Source of the DNA: Zygnema circumcarinatum SAG 698-1b
Taxonomy: Eukaryota > Plantae > Zygnematophyceae
Assembly (NCBI GenBank): GCA_037447605.1
Contig: CM074821.1
Coordinates: forward strand, 1,364,001 to 1,428,000
Length of the DNA stretch: 64,000 nt
Reading direction: 5' to 3'
The notes under the pieces were generated by a model. It worked only from the letters and a program-made list of their open reading frames with translations, did not search any database and was not told where the DNA came from. Both the position numbers and the translations under genes were made by a program. Numbering within the stretch: the stretch's first letter is position 1; every line of letters begins with the position of its first letter. This document shows positions 1 to 11,393 of this stretch, piece after piece.

Positions 1-1961
1 AGGGTTCAGGAGCTGCTAGAAATCGGAACGGAGTCGGAAACCACGAGCAGCAGCAAAATTTTGCTTTTTTTCTCCTTCGCTTTTATTTTCTTTTTGCACC
101 TGTGTATACGTGTCTCGGTACCGGTGAATTCGAAAAATGGGCTTTTACATGTTAGGGTTTAGGGTTTAGTGTACATTCTTAGCAGTATAGGGAGGGAGGC
201 CTTTAAGAGTTTTGCAGGAGCAGCTCCTGTTTTCGTCATCTGAGGCGGCGGTAATTTTAAAAAAAGGCCCTTTTTTTGTGTAGAATTAGAAGGGATTAGG
301 ACTTAGGGTTCAGGATCTGTATATAAGCTGTACGGGAAGGGGAGGCGGGAAGTTGCAGTTCAGCATGTAACATAGGAAAGGGCACTTTTTTGGATGCTTT
401 ATGTGTAGTTAAGCAAAACCGGTGTAACAGAAACAGAAATTTCTCCATAGAAAATGAGCCTATACCATTTTGGTTTTTGTAACTTTCTTTTGTAGTTATG
501 TTTTTTCTTGTCTCCTTTCTGTTGCTGGTGAATCCTTTCATGTAATTGGGGTTTTGTAGCACCCTACCTCTCTCCCTCTCTCTCTCCCTCCCTGTCTCTC
601 TCTCTCTCACACTCTTTCCCTCGTCTCTCTTCCTCACTCTCTCCCTCTCTCCCTCCCTCCCTCTCCCTCTCTCTCGCTCCCTCCCTCTCTCTCACACTCT
701 TTCCCTCGTCTCTCTTCCTCACTCTCTCCCTCTCTATCCCTCCCTCTCTCCCTCTCTCCCCGCCGAACTTTTCACCACCAAACGAAAAAGTTACCAAAAA
801 TCAAATCATTGCGTTATTGAAAAAAAATTGATATCTGTAAATATGAAAGAGAAAAGGAACGTGAAAAAATGAAACAAAAAAAAAGAATAATCTTTCCTAG
901 GGGCAAAAAAAAAAAATGTTCTTGGATGCAACAAGCTTGTTACCCCTTCTCACAGAACTGAAACTGAGACCAATTTTGTTCCGCGTTCCATGTTCGCTGA
1001 CTCCGTAAAAAAATGGTCTACCACTTGCTTATAACCGTATATACAAAATGTCTCAAGTTCTAAGGGGGTCTAATCTCGCAAATTCTTTTTCAAAAACCCT
1101 ATATGCCGTCTTTCATTCTTGGCCCTACAAAATCTTCAAACCTCTGACCCCTAAAGCCCTAAACCTCCAGCCCAATAAAAATAAAAAATCATCCCTCCCC
1201 AAGTGAGACACCACCCAGTCCCAAAACCTTCCCTTCTTCTAAATTACACAAAAAAAAAAAAACCCCCCTGAAATAATCACAAAACTGTTCCCCTCCCTTT
1301 TCCAAATTTCCATGTTTCCCGCCTACATTTGCGCCCCCTCGACCAGAACCTCTTCTGCCACGTCAGCATGCCCGAACCGACCAATCGGCGTCCCGCATTT
1401 CGCCCCCAAAACCTCCTCTCTCATTTCCGTAATCGGAATCGGCCACCCCCCAAATTCCGAACTTCTCGTAAAAACTTCCGCCCTCAAAAAATTCAACGAG
1501 CACGACCCCTCCCCCGCGGACATTCCCCTGCTTCCAGAAGCCTCTAGAAGCTTCCCAGAACCTTCCTCCTCCCCGGTAGGAACTTCCTGCCCGGCCTCGT
1601 CCTCTTCCGGAGCAGCGACCGAGTCCGGGACGATGAGGGGCTCGAGGGGGGGGGGGAGGGCCTTCCGTGGGCGGGCACTGAACGCAGTTGCGGCCGCAGT
1701 TTGCAGTTCCGTTGAACTGTTCGCCGCGGAGCTCTTCCATGCTGCAGTTACGGCGTTCCGTTGGGCGCCGTCGCACGAGCCGCCAGGTGGCAGCGCGGGA
1801 TTGGACGCGGAGACCGTGCGGCGGAGGTCCTCGCAGGGGATGGGCGCCACGTCAGCAGGGGTGGCGGAGAAGGAGACGGTTCTGCGTGGTTTCATGCTGA
1901 CGTCAGCTGACACGTCCGGCGAAGGTATTCTGCACTCCTTCGCAATGCAGGACTTCGCCAT
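1..1961 (-). CDS. Hypothetical multi-exon protein, 5' part (continues off the window)
   Basis: Complex 212-aa ORF 1323-1961 (MAKSCIAKEC...RRTVSFSA...) downstream of a CT-rich leader. Possible GT-AG exons near 1330-1352 and 170-240. No family recognised. Confidence 0.4.
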
Positions 1962-2366
1962 GGCTTCTCTCTCTCTCTTCCTCTCTCTCTCTCTCTCGCT
2001 CTCTCACACAGACACACTATTCACACTCACCTCTCGCACCCCTCTCCCTCTCACTCCTCTCACTCTCACTGCCCCCTCTCCTCTCTCCCTCTCTCTCTCA
2101 CACACCCCTCTCCCTCCCACTCCCTCTCACTGTCCCCTCCCACTCCTCTTCCTCTCCTCTCTCTCTCACCCCTCTCCCTCTCCCTCCTCACTCACTCACT
2201 CCTCTCTCTAAAGCACACTCCACTCCCTCCCGCTGCCCCTTCCCACTCCTCTCCCTCTCGTCTCTCTCTCTCTCGCCCCTCTCCTTCCCACTCCTCTCCC
2301 ACTCACGCCCCCCTCCCACTCTTCCTCTCCTCTCTCTCTCTCCCTCCCACTCCTCTCCCGCTCCTC

Positions 2367-2408
<42 letters not shown>

Positions 2409-3741
2409 CTCCCTCTCTCTCGCCCTCCCAGAGTCGACCCTTCCCTCTCCCGCCCTCGGCTCTTTTCCGGCATTCCCTGTTCCCTTACAGTTTTTCGCCG
2501 GTTTGCTGCCGCCGGGCGGCAGGCGGGACACCACACATGACGTCATCACTGGCCCGCCGGGATTGCAGGGACGCGAGACTGCTTCCAGAATCTGGTAAGA
2601 TAACGTCATCAATANNNNNNNNNNCCTCTCTCCCTCCCACCCTCCCTCCCTCTCTCCCTCCCACCCTCCCTCCCTCTCTCCTTCCCACCCTCCCTCTCTC
2701 GGGAGCTCCCCAAAGCCGTCGATTCTGGCTGGGAGGCAATCGCAGCCGTACAAGTCATGTCTGGTAGTGGACGTGTCGGCGCAGTTGGATTCCGAGAAGC
2801 CGCCAGCTGTCGACCTCTCGAGCTGTCCACGTGGCAGCCGCAGGGGCAGCGCCTTCCGCCATTTTGGGGGTCGCCTGCCGAGTCCGAACAGTCCTCTCGA
2901 CAGCGACAAAATCGACCCCTTCATCTCCCCCTCCTCCAATAGAGTTCGCGTCTTCAAATCCCTCTTCTCTGAAGTGACTTGAGTTCAGTAGGAAACTTCA
3001 AAATCTCAAAACCCCAATTCTCAAAACCCCAAATTCTCAAAACCCCAAAATCTAAAAAACCAGCCGTCCTCGGTCTCCCCACGGATTTCTTCTCGGAGGA
3101 AAAAACAAAAATCGNNNNNNNNNNACGGCGTTCCGTTGGGCGCCGTCGCACGAGCCGCCAGGTGGCAGCGCGGGATTGGACGCGGAGACCGTGCGGCGGA
3201 GGTCCTCGCAGGGGATGGGCGCCACGTCAGCAGGGGTGGCGGAGAAGGAGACGGTTCTGCGTGGTTTCATGCTGACGTCAGCTGACACGTCCGGCGAAGG
3301 TATTCTGCACTCCTTCGCAATGCAGGACTTCGCCATGGCTTCTCTCTCTCTCTTCCTCTCTCTCTCTCTCTCGCTCTCTCACACAGACACACTATTCACA
3401 CTCACCTCTCGCACCCCTCTCCCTCTCACTCCTCTCACTCTCACTGCCCCCTCTCCTCTCTCCCTCTCTCTCTCACACACCCCTCTCCCTCCCACTCCCT
3501 CTCACTGTCCCCTCCCACTCCTCTTCCTCTCCTCTCTCTCTCACCCCTCTCCCTCTCCCTCCTCACTCACTCACTCCTCTCTCTAAAGCACACTCCACTC
3601 CCTCCCGCTGCCCCTTCCCACTCCTCTCCCTCTCGTCTCTCTCTCTCTCGCCCCTCTCCTTCCCACTCCTCTCCCACTCACGCCCCCCTCCCACTCTTCC
3701 TCTCCTCTCTCTCTCTCCCTCCCACTCCTCTCCCGCTCCTC

Positions 3742-3783
<42 letters not shown>

Positions 3784-3989
3784 CTCCCTCTCTCTCGCCC
3801 TCCCAGAGTCGACCCTTCCCTCTCCCGCCCTCGGCTCTTTTCCGGCATTCCCTGTTCCCTTACAGTTTTTCGCCGGTTTGCTGCCGCCGGGCGGCAGGCG
3901 GGACACCACACATGACGTCATCACTGGCCCGCCGGGATTGCAGGGACGCGAGACTGCTTCCAGAATCTGGTAAGATAACGTCATCAATA
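1750..3989. repeat. Apparently identical duplication 1750-2614 / 3125-3989 across N gaps (probable contig-overlap artefact)
   Basis: The two 865-bp blocks read identically and each abuts a 10-N gap. Confidence 0.8.
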
Positions 3990-5384
3990 TCGGCTGGTCG
4001 GCGCAGGAGGCTGGTCGGTGCCGCCCGGCGGCCCGAGCAGCAGCCTTAAAACCCGTGAAAATTTGGTTTAAAGCGTCGCGACAAGGGTGAAGGCGACAGA
4101 ATGGGACGTGGTGAGAACAGCCAATGGGTAAGCGCCACACTCCAATACGACGCATTTGGAATTCAAAACGACGCACGGTTTTATGGATATTTAGGAAAAC
4201 GACAATGTTGTGGTGGTTGAGTATTTGTCGTTTAGGGACGCTTTGCCTGTGTCAAAAACGAAACGGATAAAACATTTTTTTTGAAGAAGAGAAATTGAGA
4301 GAAATTTCGTACGCCTGCCCGAGGAAAAAGCATATCACGTGGCTGTCGTCAAATGGACCATCTCTTTTTTCAGCCAGTCAATTGCTTCTTGCCTGCCCGA
4401 AATGGGCAGATTTTAATAAGAATTGCGCCAGAACCAAAGGCCAGTGGCGACAGCCTGCTCACTTTTTACACCTTAAAAAAAAAAACTTAATGGCGGGAAT
4501 CTGGAATCGGCGGACCGTACGACTTTGTCGGCATCCTGGATTCCTCCAAATCAGCTTAGAAGTAATTTGTACTGATCTGATACACGTGACACAAAGCGAC
4601 AACTTTACGTTCACACTCGTACAACAGTGCTGTCAATCTTGAAAAAAAACCGGACCATTGCATGGAGTTTTCAAGAAATTAGTACGTTTTTCGCTGTTTT
4701 TAATATCTAAAGTCGCAAAATCGTACTAGTTTCGAACTATACCTTCCTTCTGCCTCTATCCGTATAGCCACGGTTTTCGGACCCGAAAAGAAACTACTGA
4801 TTAGGGGACTCAGACCTTGATCATTGCCAAATCAATTTCGAAAAAATTGTTTGTTAGGGACATGGTCAAGGTGGGCCTCGCCCCGCACCTTCAGCTTGCA
4901 GCGTCATGGGATGCCAGTTGAAATCTGGCCTGTTTGCCTTTCTGTACAGATCGAGATTTTGCGAGACCTTGCGGTCGAGATTTTTGGCTGCCTTGATGCT
5001 CGGTTGGATGTCTTCTTTCGCCAGTGTGCCCATCGCTCCTTTGAGATGCACGGCCCCGGAAGCCCTCCCCCAGCGATCCTCGCCGCTTTTTATCGACAGC
5101 GCATTTCTATCGCTTTGCAGCGTTGCCTTACTTCCACCATCCTCCGGCGTTCAGCGGTTGTTGGTGCTCGTCCCGGTGGTCTTCCACCCCTTCCTACGCG
5201 TGCTGCGCCACATCTTGGCGACCTTTGCGGCTGCTTCTAGTGCTGTGTTGATGAGCCTAGGAGTAGACATCCGTTCAGAAGCTTTTTCTTCGACCTTTAG
5301 TCCATTGTGACTGCTCCCTTTGGTTCTCGATGTTAATTTCCTTCATGTACGTTTGATGGCCTTGCCATCGTGAGTTCAATAATA

Positions 5385-5490
5385 TATCATTCATTCATTC
5401 ATTTTTTCTGTACAACTAAACGCAGGAGGATTCGAACCCCCGACCTCCAATTCTGCACACGTCACCGCAGATCACACCGACACTCGCGCA
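5385..5490 (-). mobile_element. tRNA-derived SINE-like element
   Basis: Minus strand: weak A-box-like GTGTGATCTGCGGTGA, B-box GAGGTCGGGGGTTCGAATCCTCC (5425-5448), then an A-run and (AATG)n tail (5387-5407). No full cloverleaf. Confidence 0.5.
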
Positions 5491-5696
5491 TCCGCAGTGG
5501 GGCATCCGACCGCCCAGAACTGCCTCGTGGCCTGCATTGTACGGACGGCTCGCTGAAAATTACAGTACAGTCAACAGTCCTCATATTTTCGCAATGGTAT
5601 TGGCAAATATGAGGCGAAAATATTGATTTTTGCAAATAGAAGGTTTGTGTTACCAATAGACGGGCTGTATTATGTTAGAGTTCATGTTGGACCTTA

Positions 5697-5982
5697 CGTA
5701 TCGTACCGGACCGTACCGTATCGTACCGTACCCGTACCCGTGTCGGTCAGTATCGTATCGTATCGTGTCGTATCGGAGCCAAGAAGGAGGCAAGAGGAGT
5801 GAGCGCCTCTTACGGCGGCACGTGCGGGAAGCTTCAGTGAGTTTTGCTGAAGCCCGTAACGCCTAGTACAGCAAGTACGGCTAGTACGGCTAGTACGAAT
5901 AGTACGGTTTTAGGGTTTTAGGGTTTCAGGGTTTAAGGGGTACGGATAGTACGGATAGTACGGCTAACACAGAGTTACCGTA
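5697..5982. repeat. GTAC-rich short tandem arrays (CGTAC / TAGTACGG units) with interspersed degenerate TTTAGGG
   Basis: About 5 CGTAC units at 5697-5745 and about 9 GTAC cores at 5864-5982. Confidence 0.75.
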
Positions 5983-6256
5983 CAAAAAGGTGGTTTCGGC
6001 AAATTCGGGGCGAATTTCTTGGGGACTGTAGCACAAGATAAGTGGGGTTAAGAGGAGACTGGTGAGCTATTTGCAGGTGCTGTACGGCCACTCGCGCGTC
6101 CGTGCTGAAACTAATGAAGGGTTGGGTTGGTTCTGTGGGTCTGCCTGCAGCATAGAGCCAGGATCCGGGGGATTCAGAGGTACGCGCAGCGGAAGACGTA
6201 GGGATCCTGAAGATGTTCCCACCGGCGGCTGGACTTGATACGCAAAGAGCCCTTCC

Positions 6257-6640
6257 TGTTGAAGACATGACTGTCTTCTTATCTTCTATCTCCAACTCAG
6301 ATCTACCAACCTTCATTCAATCAATGGAATTTGCATCCTATGCATACATCATATAAAATGGCATCCTATGCCTTGAATTCAGCAAAGCCGGCGGCAAGAC
6401 AGAATTACAACAGTCGGGTCCCAAAGCCAACTTAAGGAACAATCAAGACGATGGGTTAAGGGCAATCAATCCTAGCCGTCCGATCTACAAATCTCAAGAT
6501 CAACGGTATTTGTTCTATCCTACCAAAACTGGGCCGATGTAACAGGCCGTACAAAATCGTCCGTACTTTCTATCCGTACATAAAATCGTACAACTGAAAC
6601 TGAGACTAAATGACAGTCGAAAAGTGACATTTCCTTCACA
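6257..6640 (-). repeat. Copia 3' LTR (384 bp)
   Basis: Reads identically to 11010-11393; PPT (AGAGGGGGAA on minus) is adjacent. Confidence 0.95.
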
Positions 6641-6656
6641 TTCCCCCTCTGAAATG

Positions 6657-9600
6657 TTACTTCTCGTTGATGCCGAGCATCTCCGTACAGATTCGCATCC
6701 TGACGCCTGACAGACCCTTCGTAAGCATGTCTGCCGGCTGCTCTTCCGTTGGAACGAAAATAGGGTTGATTTCCCCATCTTCCACCTGCTCCCTGATATA
6801 GTGAAAAGCGAGTTTAAAGTGTTTGCTCTTCCTGTGATTCACTGGATTCTCCATAATGGCAATAGCAGACTTGTTGTCAATCCGCAAAGGAATCGCCTGC
6901 TGCATAATCCCACATTCTGTGAAGAAAGACTTAAGCCAGTTGGCTTCTCTAGCTGCATCACGAGCAGCAATGTACTCTGCCTCCGTGGTTGATAAGGCGA
7001 CCGTGTCCTGGAGTCTTGAACTCCAACTGATGCAGCTTTCTGAACAGGTAAATACCACTCCGGATGTTGACCGTCCAGTATCAAAATCTCCTCCCCAATC
7101 TGAATCAGAATATCCTTCAACCATGATAGGCCCTCCAAGTTTGTATCGAAGACCGTAGTGCTTAGTTCCTTGCACATAGCGAAAAATTCTCTTGACAGCT
7201 TCCCAATGTGTCCATCCTGGGTCATGCATGTAGCGGCTCACTGAGCTAACGGCTTTAGCTAAATCTGGTCTTGTACCTGTCATAAGGTACATAAGGCTTC
7301 CAACAGCCTGCCTGTAGGGGACATTGCGCATCTTCTTCCTGTCCTGCTCTGTCTTTGGAGATTGCTCTGTAGATAGCTTAACAGCTGGGTCAATAGGCGT
7401 GGGTGATGTCTTCACATTAGCGAATCCAAATTTCTCTAAGATGTCGTTTGCATAGGTCTCTTGAGTTAGTGAGATTTCTCCCTGCGACCCCCTCTGAATC
7501 TGAATCCCGAGTAGAAATTGAGCTTCTCCAACAAGTTGCATTTTGAAATTCTCCATCAAAATCTCCTTGAATGCATTGATGCTGTCCATTGAAGCACTAA
7601 CGATAATCAAATCATCCACATAAATTCCAACGTACATTCTTTCTGTTCCTTCTCCACGCATGTAGACTGACTGATCATTCTCGAATCTGATGAACTTGTG
7701 TGACTTCATGACTTCATTGATTTTCTGATACCAGGCCCTGGGTGCTTGCTTGAGACCATAAAGGGTCCTGTTCAGATGACATACCAGATTCTCCTTTCCA
7801 GCCCGAATTGTCCCTTCTGGCTGCTCCATGAAGATGTCTTCTTGCAACTCTCCATTCAAAAATGCTGTCTTCACATCCATTTGCTGAATGTGCATCTTCT
7901 CCGCGGCTGCAATAGCAATCAAGCTCCTCAAGGAATTGTATTTCACTACAGGGGCAAACGTTTCTTGGTAGTCAATCCCATATTCCTGTGAATATCCCTT
8001 CGCAACTAATCGTGCCTTGTATCTCTCAATGGATCCGTCTGCCTTCCTCTTGATTTTGAATGTCCATTTGCATCCAATTGCAGTTCTTCCTGAGGGTAGG
8101 GGCTGCAAGCTCCACGTTTTGTTCTCTCTCAAACTCTTCAATTCTTCATTGATTGCCTGCTTCCATTTTTCTGCGTCTGGACCTGAGATTGCTTCTTGGT
8201 AAGTCTCAGGCTCTCCAATCCTAGCTCTTGAACAAGCAGCGATGAAAATTAGGTCTTCTGAATCTGTCGGAATGCGAACATTGAGTGCAGTGGCCCTTCT
8301 AAAATTTCTCGGACGCTCTTCTTCAGTCCTTCTTGGTTCTGCACTGCGATTTGCAATTCTCTGACTTCTCCTTAACAAGGGTTCTGGAATCTGTGATGCA
8401 GATCTGCCGCTCTCTGTCGTGGGTGATGAAATTTCAGATCCGTCCAAGTTCACCTCCGGTCTTGCTCTTGCGTCTCTCTCAATGCTGCAATCAGGTTCTT
8501 CAACATCTCTTGGGCTTGGCGGTGTTGAGTTGTCCGTTTCTGAACTATCTCCTCCTGCGTCAATGTAAATCTCCTCTCTCTCCTTGATCTTCAGGTCTTG
8601 GACTCTCTGATTTTTCTGCATCTCTCTCTCCAAGACTACAACATCTCTGCTCTTGATCACTTTCTCCCTCTCTGGATCATAAACTCTGTATGTCAAACTG
8701 TCACCATCATATCCTACCAGGAATCCTTTTGAGCCAGTCGGTTCAAACTTTCCTCCTCTCTTGACTTTCGGAATGTTGACAATGCACGGTGATCCCCAAA
8801 CTTTTATGTGCTTCACATTTGGTTTGACTCCAGTCCACAAATTTTGAGGCACATACTTGAACTCGAGTGTGGCAGTGGGGGACCTATTACGGATGTATGC
8901 TGCGGCTGTAATTGCTTCTGCCCAAAAACTGACGTCCAATGTTGAATCTTCAATCATAGACCGAGCCATCTCTGTCAAAGTCCTGTTTAATCTCTCCGCT
9001 GCACCATTACTTTGAGGACAATAAGGTGCAGTAAACTGATGATGGATCCCTGTTGCTTTGCAATGCTCTAAGAAAGCTGCAGAGACATATTCCCCTCCAT
9101 TATCTGTCCGCAAGAATGCAATTTTCTCTCCTGTCTCAACTTCAACTTGTTTCTGCCATGTTTGAAACACTCCAAGTACTTCTGACTTCCTCTTTATTGG
9201 GAATACCCAACACTTCCTTGAGTAATCATCAAGAAAAGTGACAAAGTATTCAGCTCCCCCTCTACTTGTTGGACTGATTTGTCCGCAAACATCTGAATGT
9301 ATCAACTCCAACTTCCTCTTGGCTTGGAAACCACGCTCTCCATGATCATGATGCGGTTTCTTGTGACTCTTGCTGGTCAAGCAGCATTCACATTCTGTTC
9401 TGGCTCCTTCGTCAGTCACTCCTTGCATCCCAATGACTAGATCTCCATCTGCCAGCATACTCACATTCCTCTTGTTTAGGTGGCCGAATCTGCGATGCCA
9501 CAGGGTTAGGGATTCTTTCTCTGCTACTGACTGCACCTTCACACTGTCATTCCATCTCTGCCACTTAAGGTAGTAAAGTCCACCTCTACTTGGTCCTTCA

Positions 9601-11021
9601 CCAATTATTCTTCCAGACTCATCTTCAATTAACTTGCAAAATGGCTTCTTGAATAAGAAAGTGCGATCATCGTCAAGTAGCTGGTTCACTGACAATAGAT
9701 TGTACTTCATTGCTGTTGTGCAGAGCACGTTCTGGATCTTCACCTTCACCGGCTTATCCGCCACGAAAAGCTCAACTGCGACAGTACCAATCTGATCTAC
9801 CTTGATTCTCCTTCCATCGGCAACTTCAAGAATTCTTGGTACTGGTAGTGTCCTCATTGACTCGAAGAGATCAAAGTCTTTGCAGATGTGATTTGATGCT
9901 CCTGTGTCAACTAGCCATTCGGTCTCCTTTACTGATGCTGCGTTCACAGTTGTGACTGTGAGGATCGTCACCAAATTTGCATGGTCTTCTTTCTCCTCTT
10001 CTGTGACGACGGCTGCATGGTCTCTATTGTGTGTGCAATTTCTGGCAGAGTGGCCAGGTTTTCCACAAGTGTAACAGTAACCCCTAAAGCTACTAGTCGC
10101 TCCTCCTCGTCCACCTCTAAAACCACCTCTGAATCCTCCTCCTCTGGACATTCCACCATGGCTCTGGTCTCTTACTTCAGCACCTCCAATTTGATTCTGA
10201 GTGTTCCTTGTCTTTGTGCAGTCACGTGCGTAGTGACCAGACTCTCCGCATGAGTAGCAAATGGTTTGTGCGTTCATGGCTCTTCCTGGGTTGCCAAAGC
10301 CTCCTCGGCCACGACCTCTTCCTCTGTCACCTCTACTGGCACTTCCTCTACCGCGATCTCCTCTTGTTATCGCCATCGCTGACTCTGTATCAGTAACCTT
10401 CATCCTCCCCTTCTTTTTCTGGTAATCCTCAGCTTCCTGAATTCTGGCTTTAGCTATATCAAGCGTCATTCCTGATGCATGGGTCTGAATTATCAGATTG
10501 TCTGCAGTCACCTCAAATCTGTTTGCAAGCCCGCTCAAATACACAAATGATTGGGCGTTTTCAGGCACCTCAGTCCCTGTCAATTCCAACCTCTGCAAAA
10601 CTCCATCAAATCTGATCGTGTACTCCTGCAACGTCTCCGACTCCTTCATCCGGATGTTATGAAAGTCCGCATAGGCTGAGACACTTAGAGCTGTTCCCTT
10701 TGCAGCGTAGATAGTATCTAATTTGTTCCACATCTCAGCTGCAGTTTTCCCTCTTAGCATCCTAGAATGAGTCTCCTTAATTGTAGTCAGGATAGTGGCC
10801 TGTGCTTTCCCTTCTCTCCTTTCCCAAGCGTCATGTGCCACAGGATCGGTAGCTGCTGGCTCAGGGTCTTTCCCAAGAACTGTCTTTAGCAAACCTTTTG
10901 CCATAAAGACTGCCAGCAATCTGTTACTCCACGAATCATAGTTACTCCCATCCAATAATCTGATTGAATATTTCTCATCGTCTTCTCCTCCTGTAGCTCT
11001 GATACCACTTGTTGAAGACAT
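6657..11021 (-). CDS. Copia Gag-Pol polyprotein (Gag with two CCHC knuckles, protease, integrase, RT, RNase H)
   Basis: CYSCGESGHYARDC and CYTCGKPGHSARNC knuckles; WLVDTGAS protease; LWHRRFGHLN..CECC; IHSDVCG/RTDNGGEY/SNGAAER integrase; YVDD RT; GYSDSDW..LSTTEAEY RNase H. Likely start is MSST at 11021, inside the LTR (an upstream ATG lies at 11069). Confidence 0.95.
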   Translation of the reverse strand: MSSTSGIRATGGEDDEKYSIRLLDGSNYDSWSNRLLAVFMAKGLLKTVLGKDPEPAATDPVAHDAWERREGKAQATILTTIKETHSRMLRGKTAAEMWNKLDTIYAAKGTALSVSAYADFHNIRMKESETLQEYTIRFDGVLQRLELTGTEVPENAQSFVYLSGLANRFEVTADNLIIQTHASGMTLDIAKARIQEAEDYQKKKGRMKVTDTESAMAITRGDRGRGSASRGDRGRGRGRGGFGNPGRAMNAQTICYSCGESGHYARDCTKTRNTQNQIGGAEVRDQSHGGMSRGGGFRGGFRGGRGGATSSFRGYCYTCGKPGHSARNCTHNRDHAAVVTEEEKEDHANLVTILTVTTVNAASVKETEWLVDTGASNHICKDFDLFESMRTLPVPRILEVADGRRIKVDQIGTVAVELFVADKPVKVKIQNVLCTTAMKYNLLSVNQLLDDDRTFLFKKPFCKLIEDESGRIIGEGPSRGGLYYLKWQRWNDSVKVQSVAEKESLTLWHRRFGHLNKRNVSMLADGDLVIGMQGVTDEGARTECECCLTSKSHKKPHHDHGERGFQAKRKLELIHSDVCGQISPTSRGGAEYFVTFLDDYSRKCWVFPIKRKSEVLGVFQTWQKQVEVETGEKIAFLRTDNGGEYVSAAFLEHCKATGIHHQFTAPYCPQSNGAAERLNRTLTEMARSMIEDSTLDVSFWAEAITAAAYIRNRSPTATLEFKYVPQNLWTGVKPNVKHIKVWGSPCIVNIPKVKRGGKFEPTGSKGFLVGYDGDSLTYRVYDPEREKVIKSRDVVVLEREMQKNQRVQDLKIKEREEIYIDAGGDSSETDNSTPPSPRDVEEPDCSIERDARARPEVNLDGSEISSPTTESGRSASQIPEPLLRRSQRIANRSAEPRRTEEERPRNFRRATALNVRIPTDSEDLIFIAACSRARIGEPETYQEAISGPDAEKWKQAINEELKSLRENKTWSLQPLPSGRTAIGCKWTFKIKRKADGSIERYKARLVAKGYSQEYGIDYQETFAPVVKYNSLRSLIAIAAAEKMHIQQMDVKTAFLNGELQEDIFMEQPEGTIRAGKENLVCHLNRTLYGLKQAPRAWYQKINEVMKSHKFIRFENDQSVYMRGEGTERMYVGIYVDDLIIVSASMDSINAFKEILMENFKMQLVGEAQFLLGIQIQRGSQGEISLTQETYANDILEKFGFANVKTSPTPIDPAVKLSTEQSPKTEQDRKKMRNVPYRQAVGSLMYLMTGTRPDLAKAVSSVSRYMHDPGWTHWEAVKRIFRYVQGTKHYGLRYKLGGPIMVEGYSDSDWGGDFDTGRSTSGVVFTCSESCISWSSRLQDTVALSTTEAEYIAARDAAREANWLKSFFTECGIMQQAIPLRIDNKSAIAIMENPVNHRKSKHFKLAFHYIREQVEDGEINPIFVPTEEQPADMLTKGLSGVRMRICTEMLGINEK

Positions 11022-11393
11022 GACTGTCTTCTTATCTTCTATCTCCAACTCAGATCTACCAACCTTCATTCAATCAATGGAATTTGCATCCTATGCATAC
11101 ATCATATAAAATGGCATCCTATGCCTTGAATTCAGCAAAGCCGGCGGCAAGACAGAATTACAACAGTCGGGTCCCAAAGCCAACTTAAGGAACAATCAAG
11201 ACGATGGGTTAAGGGCAATCAATCCTAGCCGTCCGATCTACAAATCTCAAGATCAACGGTATTTGTTCTATCCTACCAAAACTGGGCCGATGTAACAGGC
11301 CGTACAAAATCGTCCGTACTTTCTATCCGTACATAAAATCGTACAACTGAAACTGAGACTAAATGACAGTCGAAAAGTGACATTTCCTTCACA
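11010..11393 (-). repeat. Copia 5' LTR (384 bp)
   Basis: Reads identically to 6257-6640; PBS TGGTATCAGAGC follows after a 2-nt spacer. Confidence 0.95.

Larger units (their letters stand above)
6257..11393 (-). mobile_element. Full-length Ty1/copia LTR retrotransposon, apparently intact
   Basis: TG...CA LTRs at 6257-6640 and 11010-11393; TSD CTTCC at 6252-6256 and 11394-11398; PBS at 10996-11007; PPT at 6641-6650; single uninterrupted gag-pol ORF. The empty-site sequence is visible at 17181-17208. Confidence 0.97.

Noticed and set aside
2625-3114. Exon-like segment (HFREEGFEDANS...LLGIQLRRHVHYQT*, minus strand)
   Set aside because: Isolated mini-contig between two gaps; its position and gene membership cannot be supported.
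1750-3989. Tandem duplication of the first exon and promoter of gene 1
   Set aside because: Apparently identical and bounded by N gaps, so most likely overlapping contig ends.
4824-5310. Overlapping 130-140 aa ORFs
   Set aside because: No recognisable domain in any frame and stops in the plausible frame; probably a decayed TE interior.
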